A DNA stretch of 63,011 nucleotides, the filler included, from Saprolegnia diclina VS20 (taxonomy: Eukaryota), in the NCBI RefSeq assembly GCF_000281045.1. It is 5 parts of 2 records of this genome, joined end to end, with 100 filler letters (N's around TTAATTAATTAA, not from the genome) between each part and the next. Parts side by side here need not be neighbours in the genome. Positions count along the whole stretch, not along the records: positions 1 to 27,748 come from NW_008246106.1; 4 more parts are not named here. The stretch is one strand, 5' to 3'. Under the pieces are notes generated by a model. The model was not told where the DNA came from and made no database searches. It saw nothing but the letters and a program-made list of their open reading frames with translations. The translations under genes were made by a program, and so were the position numbers. Positions 12,217 through 24,641 of the stretch are shown in pieces; the stretch's first letter is position 1, and each line of letters begins with the position of its first letter.

Positions 12217-15200
12217 TTAGAACTCCGTGTCGGCCATTGCCGTCGCAAACCGGACGCTGTGCTCCTCAAACAAAGCGTAGAGGCGGCTGACGATCACCGG
12301 GTGCCGGCCACTCCGGTCGTCCGTCGCGTTGTAGAACGGGCGGGGTGCGACGCCGTGCAACACATACTCGCGCTGGTCCTAATGCATCCCATCAATATCG
12401 TCCTCTTGATCAAAAGCATCAAGTACCGGGTTTGACGGCTTGCCCAGTGCGGGTGGCCACAGCACACTGCCAAGGACCGCGCGGTCGGACGGCGACGTCA
12501 CACGCACCGACGACGTGCCCGAGGTTAGGGCATTGCGCAGCGCTATGGACGCCCCGTCGAGCACATGCGAAACGCTGGCGGCCGACGCGACGAGCACCTC
12601 GACGCGCTGCAGTGCCAAGACAGCCTTCTCCATCGCATCGTCGGTGAGCGCAGAGAGCACGAGGCGTTCGTCGTCGGTTGTGCTCTTGCCATCGGATTCA
12701 ATGGCCTCGTCATCAAGCGCGCTCACAGCCTTGTCGCAGGCGTCTTGCAGCAGCGCATTGGCCGCCGCGACCACCGGGAGGTCGTCGTGGCAGTGGGCAA
12801 AGAGCACCGAGAGGCTCGAGAGCGTCGCGACAAGCATGTGGTAGAAGAGGCCGCGGGGCGACATGGTGTCGAGGTAGTCGAAAACCTTCTCCGCTTCCAG
12901 GACTGGGTCGAACAGCGACCGTTGCTTCTCGGCCGGAAGCGGCGCTGCAGTCGCCCAGAGACGGTGCCACACGTTGGTGGGCGCGTCGACGTTGGCTTCG
13001 TGCATCCGGGCCGAGAGCTGGCCTTGGCGAAACCGCGAGACGCCATCGGCGTCGCTGGCGTCATCGAGCGGATCCCGCGGCAGCCAGTCGCGCGGCGAGT
13101 ACCACCGAATAAAGTCGGCCAAACATGTGCCCGGGTTGGCCGCCTACACACCGCAAATGAGACTAAGATCTGAAGAAGAGAACGACCTTGAACGCTTGCA
13201 TGTCGGAGATCATCGACGAGCTCTGAATTTGTTGCCGTAACAAGGTCGACTCGGCCGAGACACCGAGGCTAGAGAGTACGGTACGTCAGCCAAGGACGTA
13301 GAAGAAGGCGGAGACCGACTTGGCAAGGATGTCTTGCTGCTGCTTGGCTGCGTCCTCGGTCAATGGCGCAGGGTCCTGCGTCTTGGGGATGTTGAGGCAC
13401 TGCGTCGGGTCGCTCAGGCTCTGCATGTCGTTCATGCGCCGGAGCACACCGACGGCCGGCGACTCTTGAAGCGAGTCGAAATACTCGTCGTCACTGTCGT
13501 CGCTGCCGACGTCACTCGTCGCACGACTCTGTCGACGCGAGAGCGGGGACCGAACACGTCTACTCAAACCAGTATAATGGACGACGTATGACCACATGGA
13601 CATACCGCGCAATGCAGATGTTGAGCATCTGTAGCTTTTGGTGGAGGAGGTTCAAGTGAAAGTCGGGCGTCGGCATCGAGACGCCGTCGAGCGGGTCGAC
13701 GTCGGCTGGGTGCAGCAAGCCGTCGACACCAATCCCCTACCCTCGGTTGAGCAAATGCGACAGCATTCTACACAAAGGCGCGTACGGTCCACGGCAAGAG
13801 CAGCTGGGTCGTCCACGTTTCGCGCAGCAAGCGCACAAACTCGACCCACACTGCGCACTTCATGTTGATGCCCTCTAGCATCGTCCATAGCATAATGAAC
13901 ATCTCGTCCATACGCCAACGCAAGTGACATGACGTACGCTGGTGCACCAAGAGCATGGCGAGTCGCGACACGAGCTGTCCGACAACGACGCCGTGGCGGA
14001 CCTTGGGTAGCGTGCACCAGCTTGACGCTGTCACATCCACGTCATTCGGTGGGGTTGTGAAGAGGTTGGCGACGAGGTCACGCACTGACTCGACCGACAT
14101 CGTTGACGAGACCCACGACCCAATGGCGGCGCCGATGGCCACGGCCGCCCGCGCCGCCGGCACGCTTTCTTGATACCGCGTCACCTAACCTCGGGTCAAG
14201 TGACCGATATTGAAGCAACCTTTGTACCAGTGGGTTGTCGCCGAGCGTCGACGGCGCCATCTCGGACACGAGCATCGCGTGGCCTGCTTGCCGGAGCTGC
14301 TGGAAGGCTTGGACGAGCTGGCGGAGCATAGTCGTCAGTGGCAGCGCGTCCTGGTCCATCTGGCACGTGGGTGACACTGACCACTCGGGCGCCATGACGG
14401 GGTCGAGCGACGAGTGCACCACGTTATCGACAAACATGCCTAGCATGGGGTGCAGCTACGATGGCCCACGAGAGGCAGTACCTTCGCGCAGCGCCGGCCA
14501 GCGCACGGCGAGGTGCAAGTGCCGCAGCGGCGACAAGCGCGGTCCCCACACCACCGCCTGGAACGGCAGGTTGCGACGGAGCTGCGCATCAATCGGGTCG
14601 CGCCATGGCGTCTACAATTTATGAGGTTGACAGGACGCTGGAGCGGCTGGAGAATTGTACCGCTGGGTCTTCTTCGTGCAAAATCGACGGCGAACGAGCG
14701 TGCCACGCGTACGCAAAGCCGACGGCCGCCGAGAGCCCGAGACGCAAGTCGTTGCCAGGTACATCGCGCATCGCTTCGTCGACGTTCGATGGGAGTTGGA
14801 GCTTGGCTTGGAAAAAGTCCATGAGCCCTTGGAGACACTGCTGCGCCGGTGGCACCTAGAGAACATACTATTCGCAAGAGCGATACGCATCACGTAGCTA
14901 CCTCGGGGACAGTTGCCGTCTCGAACTGCAGTGCAATGTTGCCATGCGCGCCTGGCACGGCGGCGCCGAGGTACTGCGCGTCACCGCCGAGGCGCACGAA
15001 CACCGGCAAAGTGCAGTTGCAGTTGCCGAGCGCAACGATGAGGCTGCTAAGCAGCGTTCGCGCGTCGTGGTCCATGACGCCGAGCGTCGCGTCCATCGAG
15101 ATGCTCGCAATGGTGTCGTCGTCGGCGTCGGGCAGGCCAAAGGCTGCGTTAAACTGGTGCAAGACGAGGTGGCTCTCGACGCCAAAGTACCGCTGGATGC

Positions 15201-15495
15201 TACGCGTGTCGCCAGCGTCAAGCGATGCGTTGGCAAGCGCCAGCATCGTCGGCGTAAAGTGGCGCGTGGCGTCGGTCCACGTCGGCGCCGGCGCGTCGTC
15301 CGTGTGGAGCACAAGGAGGTAGTGGCGCTGCTGGAGCGGCAGGACCCGCGCCTTGGGCCCATCGCTCGCTGCGCCCTTCTCGACGAGAACCCACGCCCGC
15401 AGCGTCTCCTCGAGGCCCGCAATGAAGCGCTCCCAGTCTGTCTCGTTGGTGAAGTCGACGAAGCGGCAGGTCGGATCTTCCTCGACGTCCAGCAT
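12217..15495 (-). CDS. RAB3GAP1: Rab3 GTPase-activating protein catalytic subunit (multi-exon)
   Basis: N-terminal FVDFTNETDWERFIAGLEETLRAW. Catalytic-domain motifs QDPAPLTED, DFIRWYSPRDW, LSARM...NVWHRLWATAAPLPAEKQRSLFDPVLEAEKV. C-terminal REYVL...SRLYALFEEHSVRFATA. Confidence 0.9.
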
Positions 15496-15556
15496 GGTCA
15501 AGAACCCGATTCTGGACTTTTGACCAATCGGAGCGCGTCGCGTCGAGAATTGCGAT

Positions 15557-15567
15557 TTTAGCCAATC
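15557..15567 (-). promoter_or_regulatory. CCAAT box upstream of RAB3GAP1
   Basis: tttagccaatc lies about 60 bp upstream of the ATG, with a second ccaatc at about 15524. Confidence 0.45.
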
Positions 15568-16155
15568 CAACGACGCGATTCCACAAAAATTCCGTGACCT
15601 GCCACGTCAGATTGCACTTTCTACGATCCGACATTGCATTTGGCACCGAGAGAAGAAGCCAAGCACATTAGTGTGCTCAAGCGGACGACGCACGGTGCAC
15701 CAAGACGGTCGTTGACGTTGCCCTGCATTGTGTGGAGCGCTGTACTGTCGAGCATGATTGTCGACAGGCTTGTCGCTGGAGGTGAATGCGCTACGGTGTT
15801 TGCCGACAGTTCAAGCTGGCTGACGTGTCCGTGGAAGCAAGACCATACGATTAATTCTGCTGGTCCTTGTCGAAGCCACACAACTCAACTGCAATGTAGT
15901 GGAGTCCCAGCGGCCAGAAGCCCTACATGTGCTCGAGCGACTACTGGCACTTGGTGGTGCGATGCGAATCGGTATCAGTACGCGAATCGTTTACTCGCAA
16001 ACGCTTATTGCCGACTACCCGTTAAATAGGGCGATTGGTTTGTTTGCCGACTACCAGGTAGATGGCGGGACTTGTTGTTTCAACACACGTCCAAAAACCG
16101 TTGCGGCGTTTTCAAGCTCATTCTACGACGTTTGGTATCAACGCCGCCAGTCTTG

Positions 16156-19100
16156 ATGAGCGTACGCCTCGGACTGTCCTCAACCTCGAGTAATCCTCCT
16201 GCCTCTAGGTCGAAACTGGAGACGCACTTGTGGTCGCTGCTTCCAAGGGCTCGCTCGATGACGTCAGGCGCCTCCTTCGCGCCGGCAGCAACGTCAACGG
16301 CGTCCATGGCGGCGTGAGCGTCCACGCCGTTGTATTGCAATGTCGTTTACATTGTGTTAGACCACCCCGCTGTGGGCGGCGGCGGCCAAAGGCCATCTCA
16401 GTGTTGTTCAGCTGCTCCTCGAGGCCAGTGCAGATCCCTTTTGCGCCAATGTGGTAGGTACCCCGTCTAGTAGGTACAGCATGGTTCAAGGCTGCCTAGG
16501 ACCACGAGCTACCACGAGATGTGGCCAAGCAGCATGGGCATACGGCGGTCGTGGCGCAGTTAGCGGCGACGACCACCGCACTCGTGCGACTCTTTGAGGC
16601 GATTGTGAACGACGAGGTTGCGACGGTGCAGCAGCGACTGCGCGAGAAGGTGCCTCTCAACGTCCGATACCGCGTACACTCTTCGCTGCACCAGTAGCCA
16701 ACTTTTTTCGATCTGGATCTAGTCGCTGTACATGAACTTGCCCCTTTGCAAGCACGAGACTGACAAGTATGTTCTGACCGAGGACGACGGCGACGCAGAG
16801 CCAGCGGTAGAGCGCACATCCATCTCTGAGCCAAAATATTGATGTAGTACGCTAGGATGGGGTCACGGTACTGCACATTGTAGCCGCCAAGGGCTACGAG
16901 GCGATGCTACGAATGCTGCTCGCAGAGGCGACAATCGACATCCATCAAGCTGACAATGTATCCGTCGTATCGAGAACCAGTCGAGTTGAAGGAAGGACAT
17001 TGTCTAGTACGATCGTACTCCGTTGCACGAAGCCGCGTCGGCCGGTACCACCACCATTGCTACAAAGCTCTTGCTCGCTGGTGCGCGCGTTGATGCTCTC
17101 AACCGGGTTCTTCCTTCGCTAAGCAAGCGCGTTTTCGTCTTACCCTAAACCTAGTTTGGCGAGACGCCGCAGCATTTTGCTGCGACAGCAGGCCATGAGG
17201 AGACCCTTCGTTTTCTGTTGACAGCCGGCGCCGACGTCAATGCGCGCTCCAAAGTCGGTCGAGTGTCACTGGATGTTCTTTGACAAAATTCGGTGCAGGA
17301 TGGAACGAGCCTTCTGCACGGCGCGGCCAGCAATGGCCATGCTAGCATCATCCACGTTCTGCTGGCGCATGGTGCTGTTATCAACTCTCGTACTTGCGTA
17401 CGTAGAACGCCATGACACCGCTGCGGAGAGCGCTATGGTAGGACGACGAAACGCCGCTGATGAAGGCCGCTAGATTCGGCCACGTGGATGCTGCCAATGC
17501 TCTCTTGGGTGCCGGTGCTGTCACCACCGACCGCAATCGCGTACGCTCTCTAACTGTGCCACTTGATACGATGGACGTGTAGTACGACCACACGCCCCTG
17601 CACATCGCAGTCTTTCAAGGCCACTGCGACATGGTGACGTTGCTTTTGGCAGCCGGCGCGGCAGCCAACTCGACGGATTGGGTCCGATTTGATCGTGTTG
17701 CTGCAACTCTAAATTGTGCGATCGTAGGAACTGGACTCTCCGCTACATGACGCGGCGAGGGCTGGCAACACTGAGGTTATCTCGAAACTTTTGGCGGCGG
17801 GGGCGACGGTGAACGCTGTCAACCAGGTATAGACACTATCGCCATCGGCTCAATGACCCGTCAAACGTACGTAGAACGGCATGACACCGCTGTACTTGGC
17901 AGCGAGCGACGGCCGAGCTGACGCGATCCCCCTCTTCTTGGCCGCCGGTGCAGATGTCGATTCAACAATCCCACACTGCAAAGTGCCAAACAGTGTCCTT
18001 GAAACTCGGGCAATTTACACTTGCTATAGTACCGGACGACGCCGCTGCACCTGGCCGCTGAAAAGGGCCGAGTGGATGCCGTGCACGCTCTGCTGGTCGG
18101 TGGCGCGGATATCACCGCATGTACTCGAGTATGGGATTTGCCGATATTTGGTGCTTGAGTTTTGAGTTTTGCACTGGGGCAGGGTTGCCAGACGCCGCTG
18201 CATTTTGCTGCCAGTGAGGGCCACACCGACGTAGTCGAGGCCATCGTGGTCGCGGGTGCTGTGGTTGATGCCACGGACAATGTACTGCGAACGAAAGGCA
18301 ACGCTCGCAATCTGAAACAAAGATGTAGAACCAAGCAACACCTCTCCACGGTGCGGCTGTCAACGGGCACGATGGTGTCGTCGCAGTGCTCGTGGCCGCT
18401 GGTGCCTCCATCAATGCTTGCGATAATGTAACATACTGCAGCCTGCGAAAATCCACGCAACAATATGGTCTAGAGTGGCTACTCGGCACTGTTTCTGGCG
18501 GCCGAAGCGGGCCACGTCGACGTCGTTCAGCTGCTTCTCAACGCCAAGGCCGACGCGCGACTGGCCACAAAGGTAGTCTCGCACCTCTCCAACGCATCGT
18601 CCCCTGCAGTCTCTAGGCGAATGCAACCCCACGCTCGGCGGCCAAGATGCAAGGCCACACAGCGGTCGTCGAGCTGCTCGACAGCGTCCTGCACCCAAAT
18701 GGTCATGTCTCGCTGCAGGACGAGCGTCTTTGCAAAAAGCTATCCGACGCCGTCACTTGCAACGATCGCGAGCGAGTGCAAGCGCTACTGGCGTGCGGAG
18801 CCGACCCCAACACGCTGTTCGAGGTCGGTCTTCTGCACCGAGATCTTAGTGGTGAGGGTACGGTTGGCTCTGTAGCAATCGCTTTTGGAGACAGAGCCTG
18901 GTGTTGGCATCTCGTTCCTCTTGGGCAAATCAAAGACCCATATTAACGTACACAATCGCATGAGAGCACGTAGCCGTGGCTTGATGGCAACACCCGTAGG
19001 ACGGAAGCTCGCTTCTGCACGTTGCGGCAGTCCAAGGCTTTGGCTCTGTTCTTGACGACCTTCTTGCCACGCCGACAATTGACGTCGACGCCCGCGACAG

Positions 19101-20814
19101 TGTACTGAGATGTCTCTCACTGGAGCAGTACGATATGGCTTCCTGGCTAGACGGGCGCCACGGCGCTGTTGGTTGCAGCGAGCCATGGACATGCCGCTAT
19201 TGTGCAGACGCTTCTACGCGCGAACGCAGATTTCAATCTTGCATCCCTCGTGCGTTCTTATGTGAAGACAATATGTCGACGATTTGTAGACACATGAGAC
19301 GCCACTGCACAGTGCGGTGCGCCGAGAGCACCGCGACGTCGTCGAAGCGCTTTTGGACGCGGGAATCTTCCTCGGTGCCGAGGACCAGGTTTCGAGTACA
19401 TATTGTAAGCTGCTGTGTGGACGTCAAATGTGTAGGACAACAAGACACCTTGGATGCTCTGCCAAGAAGTCGACAACGAAGCCATCACCGAGCTCTTCCG
19501 TACCAAAACTGACGTCTCTGCATGTGAGGAGCCGGCGAGCACGGCGTCGTCCGAGGAGCTTGTCCAAATCGTTCGAGGTGGCGACGTGGCGCAGCTGCAG
19601 GCGCTTCTACAGGGCGATGTGAATCCCAACGTGACAACCACCGATGTAACGAATGTCGTTCGCACGTCTCAGGAGACTAACCCACAAGTAGACAGGCGAC
19701 AGTCTGCTGCACGTAGCGGCCCAAGGCAAGCAAGGTGCAATCCTCAACGTGTTGCTCAAGACCAAGCGAATCAACTTTGACGTGCGCAATCATGTATGCT
19801 TGTCGATATTGCGTTGTGGAGCGCAAGGCTGGAGAGACTGTAGAACATGGAGACGGCGCTTCTTGTCGCTATCAAGCAGCGTGACGTGTGTTTTGCACAA
19901 AAGCTACATCGGGTGATGCTGCCAGCGACGCAATACGTACGTCACCTCAGTTTCAACAGCGTTTGCGCGTGTCGGCTTAGGTTTCGGCAAATACTATCGT
20001 TGTGAACCGGGACGAGGCGCTTGGAGGAGGCCAAGCGAGTATTGTCTACATGGGGGAGTTCAATGGTGACGCGGTCGCGGTCAAGACGGCGCTCTTTCCG
20101 TCGCAAGCACCAGGTCTTATCTGCGAAATCGAGGCGCTCCAACGGTACGTACTCGCCTCTTTGATCCGTACCGCTGCTAATTGCAGTTATGGCGATGCAG
20201 CTGCGACTCGCCGTATCTCACGCGGCTTCTGGCCGTCGCCGATCACGACACAGCGTGTCCCAAACTCGTCTTCGACTATATGGGTGTCGGCAATCTCCGC
20301 ATGTACCTCGACAAGAAGCGCGACGGTATCGATACCGANNNNNNNNNNNNNNNNNNNNNNNNNNNNNNNNNNNNNNNNNNNNNNNNNNNNNNNNNNNNNN
20401 NNNNNNNNNNNNNNNNNNNNNNNNNNNNNNNNNNNNNNNNNNNNNNNNNNNNNNNNNNNNNNNNNNNNNNNNNNNNNNNNNNNNNNNNNNNNNNNNNNNN
20501 NNNNNNNNNNNNNNNNNNNNNNNNNNNNNNNNNNNNNNNNNNNNNNNNNNNNNNNNNNNNNNNNNNNNNNNNNNNNNNNNNNNNNNNNNNNNNNNNNNNN
20601 NNNNNNNNNNNNNNNNNNNNNNNNNNNNNNNNNNNNNNNNNNNNNNNNNNNNNNNNNNNNNNNNNNNNNNNNNNNNNNNNNNNNNNNNNNNNNNNNNNNN
20701 NNNNNNNNNNNNNNNNNNNNNNNNNNNNNNNNNNNNNNNNNNNNNNNNNNNNNNNNNNNNNNNCCATCGGCCCAAGAGATTGTCGATTTGCTGCAGAGCC
20801 GACCCAGCGACTAG
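16156..20814 (+). CDS. Ankyrin-repeat / TKL protein kinase, paralogue 1 (kinase core partly in an N gap)
   Basis: About 20 mostly 99-nt phase-0 ankyrin exons (e.g. 17155-17253, 17299-17397, 17442-17540, 17728-17826). These are followed by LGGGQASIVYMGEFNGDAVAVK...EIEALQR|CDSPYL...LVFDYMGVGNLRMYL and, after the gap, PSAQEIVDLLQ (kinase subdomain XI) and a stop. Confidence 0.88.
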
Positions 20815-20977
20815 ACTGGAGACAAAAACCTTGTGGAATTTTATGCTTTCCTTTACGTAGCCGGTTAAATGCGCGCTGAAATTCGAAAAATTTGGAACGA
20901 CCAAAGGTATAATTTGCAATACGAACGCCGAAACCGGCAATGTGGAACAGTCGCCCACGGTATCACCGATTGCAGCT

Positions 20978-23900
20978 ATGACGGTCGGTCTCGAGACGTC
21001 GCGCCGCCCTTTTCTTACGCGCATGTAGACTGAGAACGAAGCGCTCTTCAAGGCAGCCCAAGACGGCAGTGTCGATGACGTCCGTCGACTGCTTGCTGCA
21101 GGGGCCGATGCCAGCGTCAGGTTCGGTGGTGTACGCCCTTGTCACTTGCGGACGCTGCTCATCGCTTGGCGTAGAGCCGTATGACGCCGCTCTGTGCCGC
21201 TGCGGCCAACGGGCACGTAAGCGTTGTGGAAGTGCTTGTCCAAGCCGGTGCCGACATTTTTCAAGGCAACGCGGTAGCTTCCGGAAGAACGTCGTCCCTG
21301 GCGCTTGAACACTTTCTTAGAAAAGCGAGCTTCCTCGGACGCTAGCGGAAAATAAGGGGCATGCCAATGTTGTGGCTGCGATCGATCAGGCAATTGACTG
21401 GCGCGTGCGTCTGCTCAAAGCACTCGTGGCAAACGATGTGCCCGCGGCGCTGGCCCTCCTCGCAGAGAATAAGGGCCCAGCGCACATCAAGTACTGGGTA
21501 CGCGTATTGATGGGCCCATTCTGTAACTACGCTCCAACTTCTAGCCGTTTGAGCTACCCGTCAACATTTCTCTTACTGAGTATGGGACGTACGAGCTCGG
21601 CGACGGAGCCATTGCGGTGTGCACGTCAGCGTCCTTGGACGTTCTCACACAGCATTATGGCCATAGCGAGGTATCACGGCACTGCACATTCCCGCTGCCC
21701 ATGGCGTCGACGAGCTCGTTGCTGCACTCCTGGACCGCCCGGACATTCAAGTGGGGAATTTCGGGGTTGTACGTGCCTCTCTACTATCAAGTTGCACCAA
21801 ATCATATTGCGTAGGGACAACACAACGTCATGCCTTTGCACATGGCCGCGCGCAACGGCCACGCCAATGTCGTGTCGCGGCTGTTGGCGGCCAAAGCGCA
21901 AGTCAACTTTATTGGCCACGTACGTCCATTTCTGGTGAACCTATTTGGACTAGCATAGACTAGAACGGATGGACGCCACTGCATTGGGCTGCGATGCACG
22001 GGCATGCCAACGTCGTGTCCTTGCTCTTGGCAGCCGGCGCGGCCATCGACTGCCAAGACGAGGTATGCTTTGAGAGTTGTCGCAGGAACGTCGACTGTAT
22101 CGTAAGGCGAACGCTACACCGCTCTTCCTCGCTGCGAAAGCCGGTCATACGAGCGTTGTACAAGCTCTAATAGAAGCAAATGCCGACGCGCAATTGACCA
22201 ACGAGGTACTCTTCCTCACGACTGTCCCGTATGCAAACGATTTATGAGATAGAGCAGCGAATCGCCGCGCTCGATTGCAGCTACAGGGGGCCATACGGCG
22301 GTGGTGGCGCTGCTGGATACAGTGTTGCCACCGCCGACGCTTGCTGTGGCAGTGCCCGAGACGACGGTACTCGTACCTGTTGTGGTGACGTACATTCATG
22401 TGATATTAGCACCCGATGTCGGAGGCCATCCGTGATGGCGACGTGACCAAGGTCGCTGAGCTCTTACGCGGTGGGGCCGACCCCAACGCGCGCTACGAGG
22501 TGAGGACCTTTCATTTGCCCTAATTTGGCTCGATTGAGTGGTTAGCGTGGTCCAGCTCTCTCTCCGAGTCCGTCATCAAAAGCTGGCGTCGGCATTTCCT
22601 TTCTTCTAGTCAATGCCAAGGCCCATATCAATGTACACGATCAAGCGACCGCGCCGATCGTATCGCAACTGCATGTATCGTGTAGGACGACAGCAGTCTA
22701 CTGCATGTGGCGGCGGCCCACGGCGCAGAGGCTATCACGGCGCTACTTCTCGCGAGCCCTGGCTTGCTCATTGACCCGCTCGATAGCGTAGAAAGAACAT
22801 ATCTCATATTCACTACAGATTTGCAACCACATGCTAGATGGGCAACACACCGCTGTCGCTTGCTGCCGCCCACGGCCATGCAGCAGTCGTCCTGCAGCTT
22901 CTAAAAGCCAAGGCCAATATCCAGTCGGTCACGCAGGCAAGTCCTTCCGTCGTATGGTGGAGCTGAACAAAGCATGCGTAGGCCAAGGAAACCCCGTTGC
23001 ATGTCGCCGTCACTCGTGGCCATGTCCCCGTCGTGGAGCTGTTGTTGGACGCCGGTGCGAGTGTCGATGCCGAGAACAGCGTAGGGCTTTTGCCGTTATA
23101 TATAAAAGCCCTTATTGGAGAGTCATGTAGGACAACAAGACGCCGTGGACGCTCGCACAAGAACTCGACAACCCTGACCTTCTCACAGTATTTCGCACCA
23201 AGAAGGGACTCTCTTCGTTGAGCAAAGCTGCGTCCGAGATCCACGATACGCCGGTCGAGGCCACCAACGATTTCTTGGCAGCGGTTCAAGCTGGACACAT
23301 CCACCAGTTGCAGCAGCTGCTCGTGGCCAACCCCAACCATAATGTCATCCAAGACGAGGTATAACTGCTAGCATTGGGGGGCGACCGACGTGTGTCTGTA
23401 GACGGGTGACAGTCTGTTGCACGTGGCTGCAAAGGGGGACCACATCGGCATCCTTCGAATGTTGCTCCTTCAGACACCTGCCATCAGCCCGCAGCTGCGC
23501 AACAAGGTGCTTTTGTATCAACTTGAAACATTTCGAATCAGTGCGTAGAGCTTGGAGAGTGCGCTGCATATCGCAATCAAGCGCCGGAATCTGCACACGA
23601 CCCAAGCACTCCACTATGCTGCACGTTGGATGACGCACTGTGTACACAATGACCTTTTCGAGCCAACTTTGACGACACATTGCCTAGGTTGCTGCCAACG
23701 CTATTGCCATCAACCGAGAAGTCGCGCTCGGTGAAAGCAAGTGCAACATCATTTACCAAGGTGAGTTTAACGGTGACGCGGTCGCGGTCAAGACGGCGCT
23801 CTTTCCGTCGCAAGCACCAGGTCTTATCTGCGAGATCGAGGCGCTCCAGCGGTACGTACTAGTCTCTTGGATCCGTACCGCTGCTAATTGCAGTTATGGC

Positions 23901-24045
23901 GATGCAGCTGCGACTCGCCGTATCTCACGCGGCTTCTGGCCGTCGCCGACCACGACACAGCGTGTCCCAAACTCGTCTTCGACTATATGGGTGTCGGCAA
24001 TCTCCGCATGTACCTCGACAAGAAGCGCGACGGTATCGATACCGA
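20978..24045 (+). CDS. Ankyrin-repeat / TKL protein kinase, paralogue 2 (3' end in an N gap)
   Basis: Same exon architecture as paralogue 1, sharing the GVGISFLL..HIN and DNKTPW exons. Kinase start LGESKCNIIYQGEFNGDAVAVKTALFPSQAPG. Confidence 0.86.
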
Positions 24046-24641
24046 NNNNNNNNNNNNNNNNNNNNNNNNNNNNNNNNNNNNNNNNNNNNNNNNNNNNNNN
24101 NNNNNNNNNNNNNNNNNNNNNNNNNNNNNNNNNNNNNNNNNNNNNNNNNNNNNNNNNNNNNNNNNNNNNNNNNNNNNNNNNNNNNNNNNNNNNNNNNNNN
24201 NNNNNNNNNNNNNNNNNNNNNNNNNNNNNNNNNNNNNNNNNNNNNNNNNNNNNNNNNNNNNNNNNNNNNNNNNNNNNNNNNNNNNNNNNNNNNNNNNNNN
24301 NNNNNNNNNNNNNNNNNNNNNNNNNNNNNNNNNNNNNNNNNNNNNNNNNNNNNNNNNNNNNNNNNNNNNNNNNNNNNNNNNNNNNNNNNNNNNNNNNNNN
24401 NNNNNNNNNNNNNNNNNNNNNNNNNNNNNNNNNNNNNNNNNNNNNNNNNNNNNNNNNNNNNNNNNNNNNNNNNNNNNNNNNNNNNNNNNNNNNNNNNNNN
24501 NNNNNNNNNNNNNNNNNNNNNNNNNNNNNNNCGGTATTACATCGATCGAAATGGCGCGTTTCGTGTAGACCGAAATCAGAAACGAACTAGACCAACAATA
24601 AAACTGTGAAAACGTTTGTTTCCGTGTTTGGTTTAGCTACC

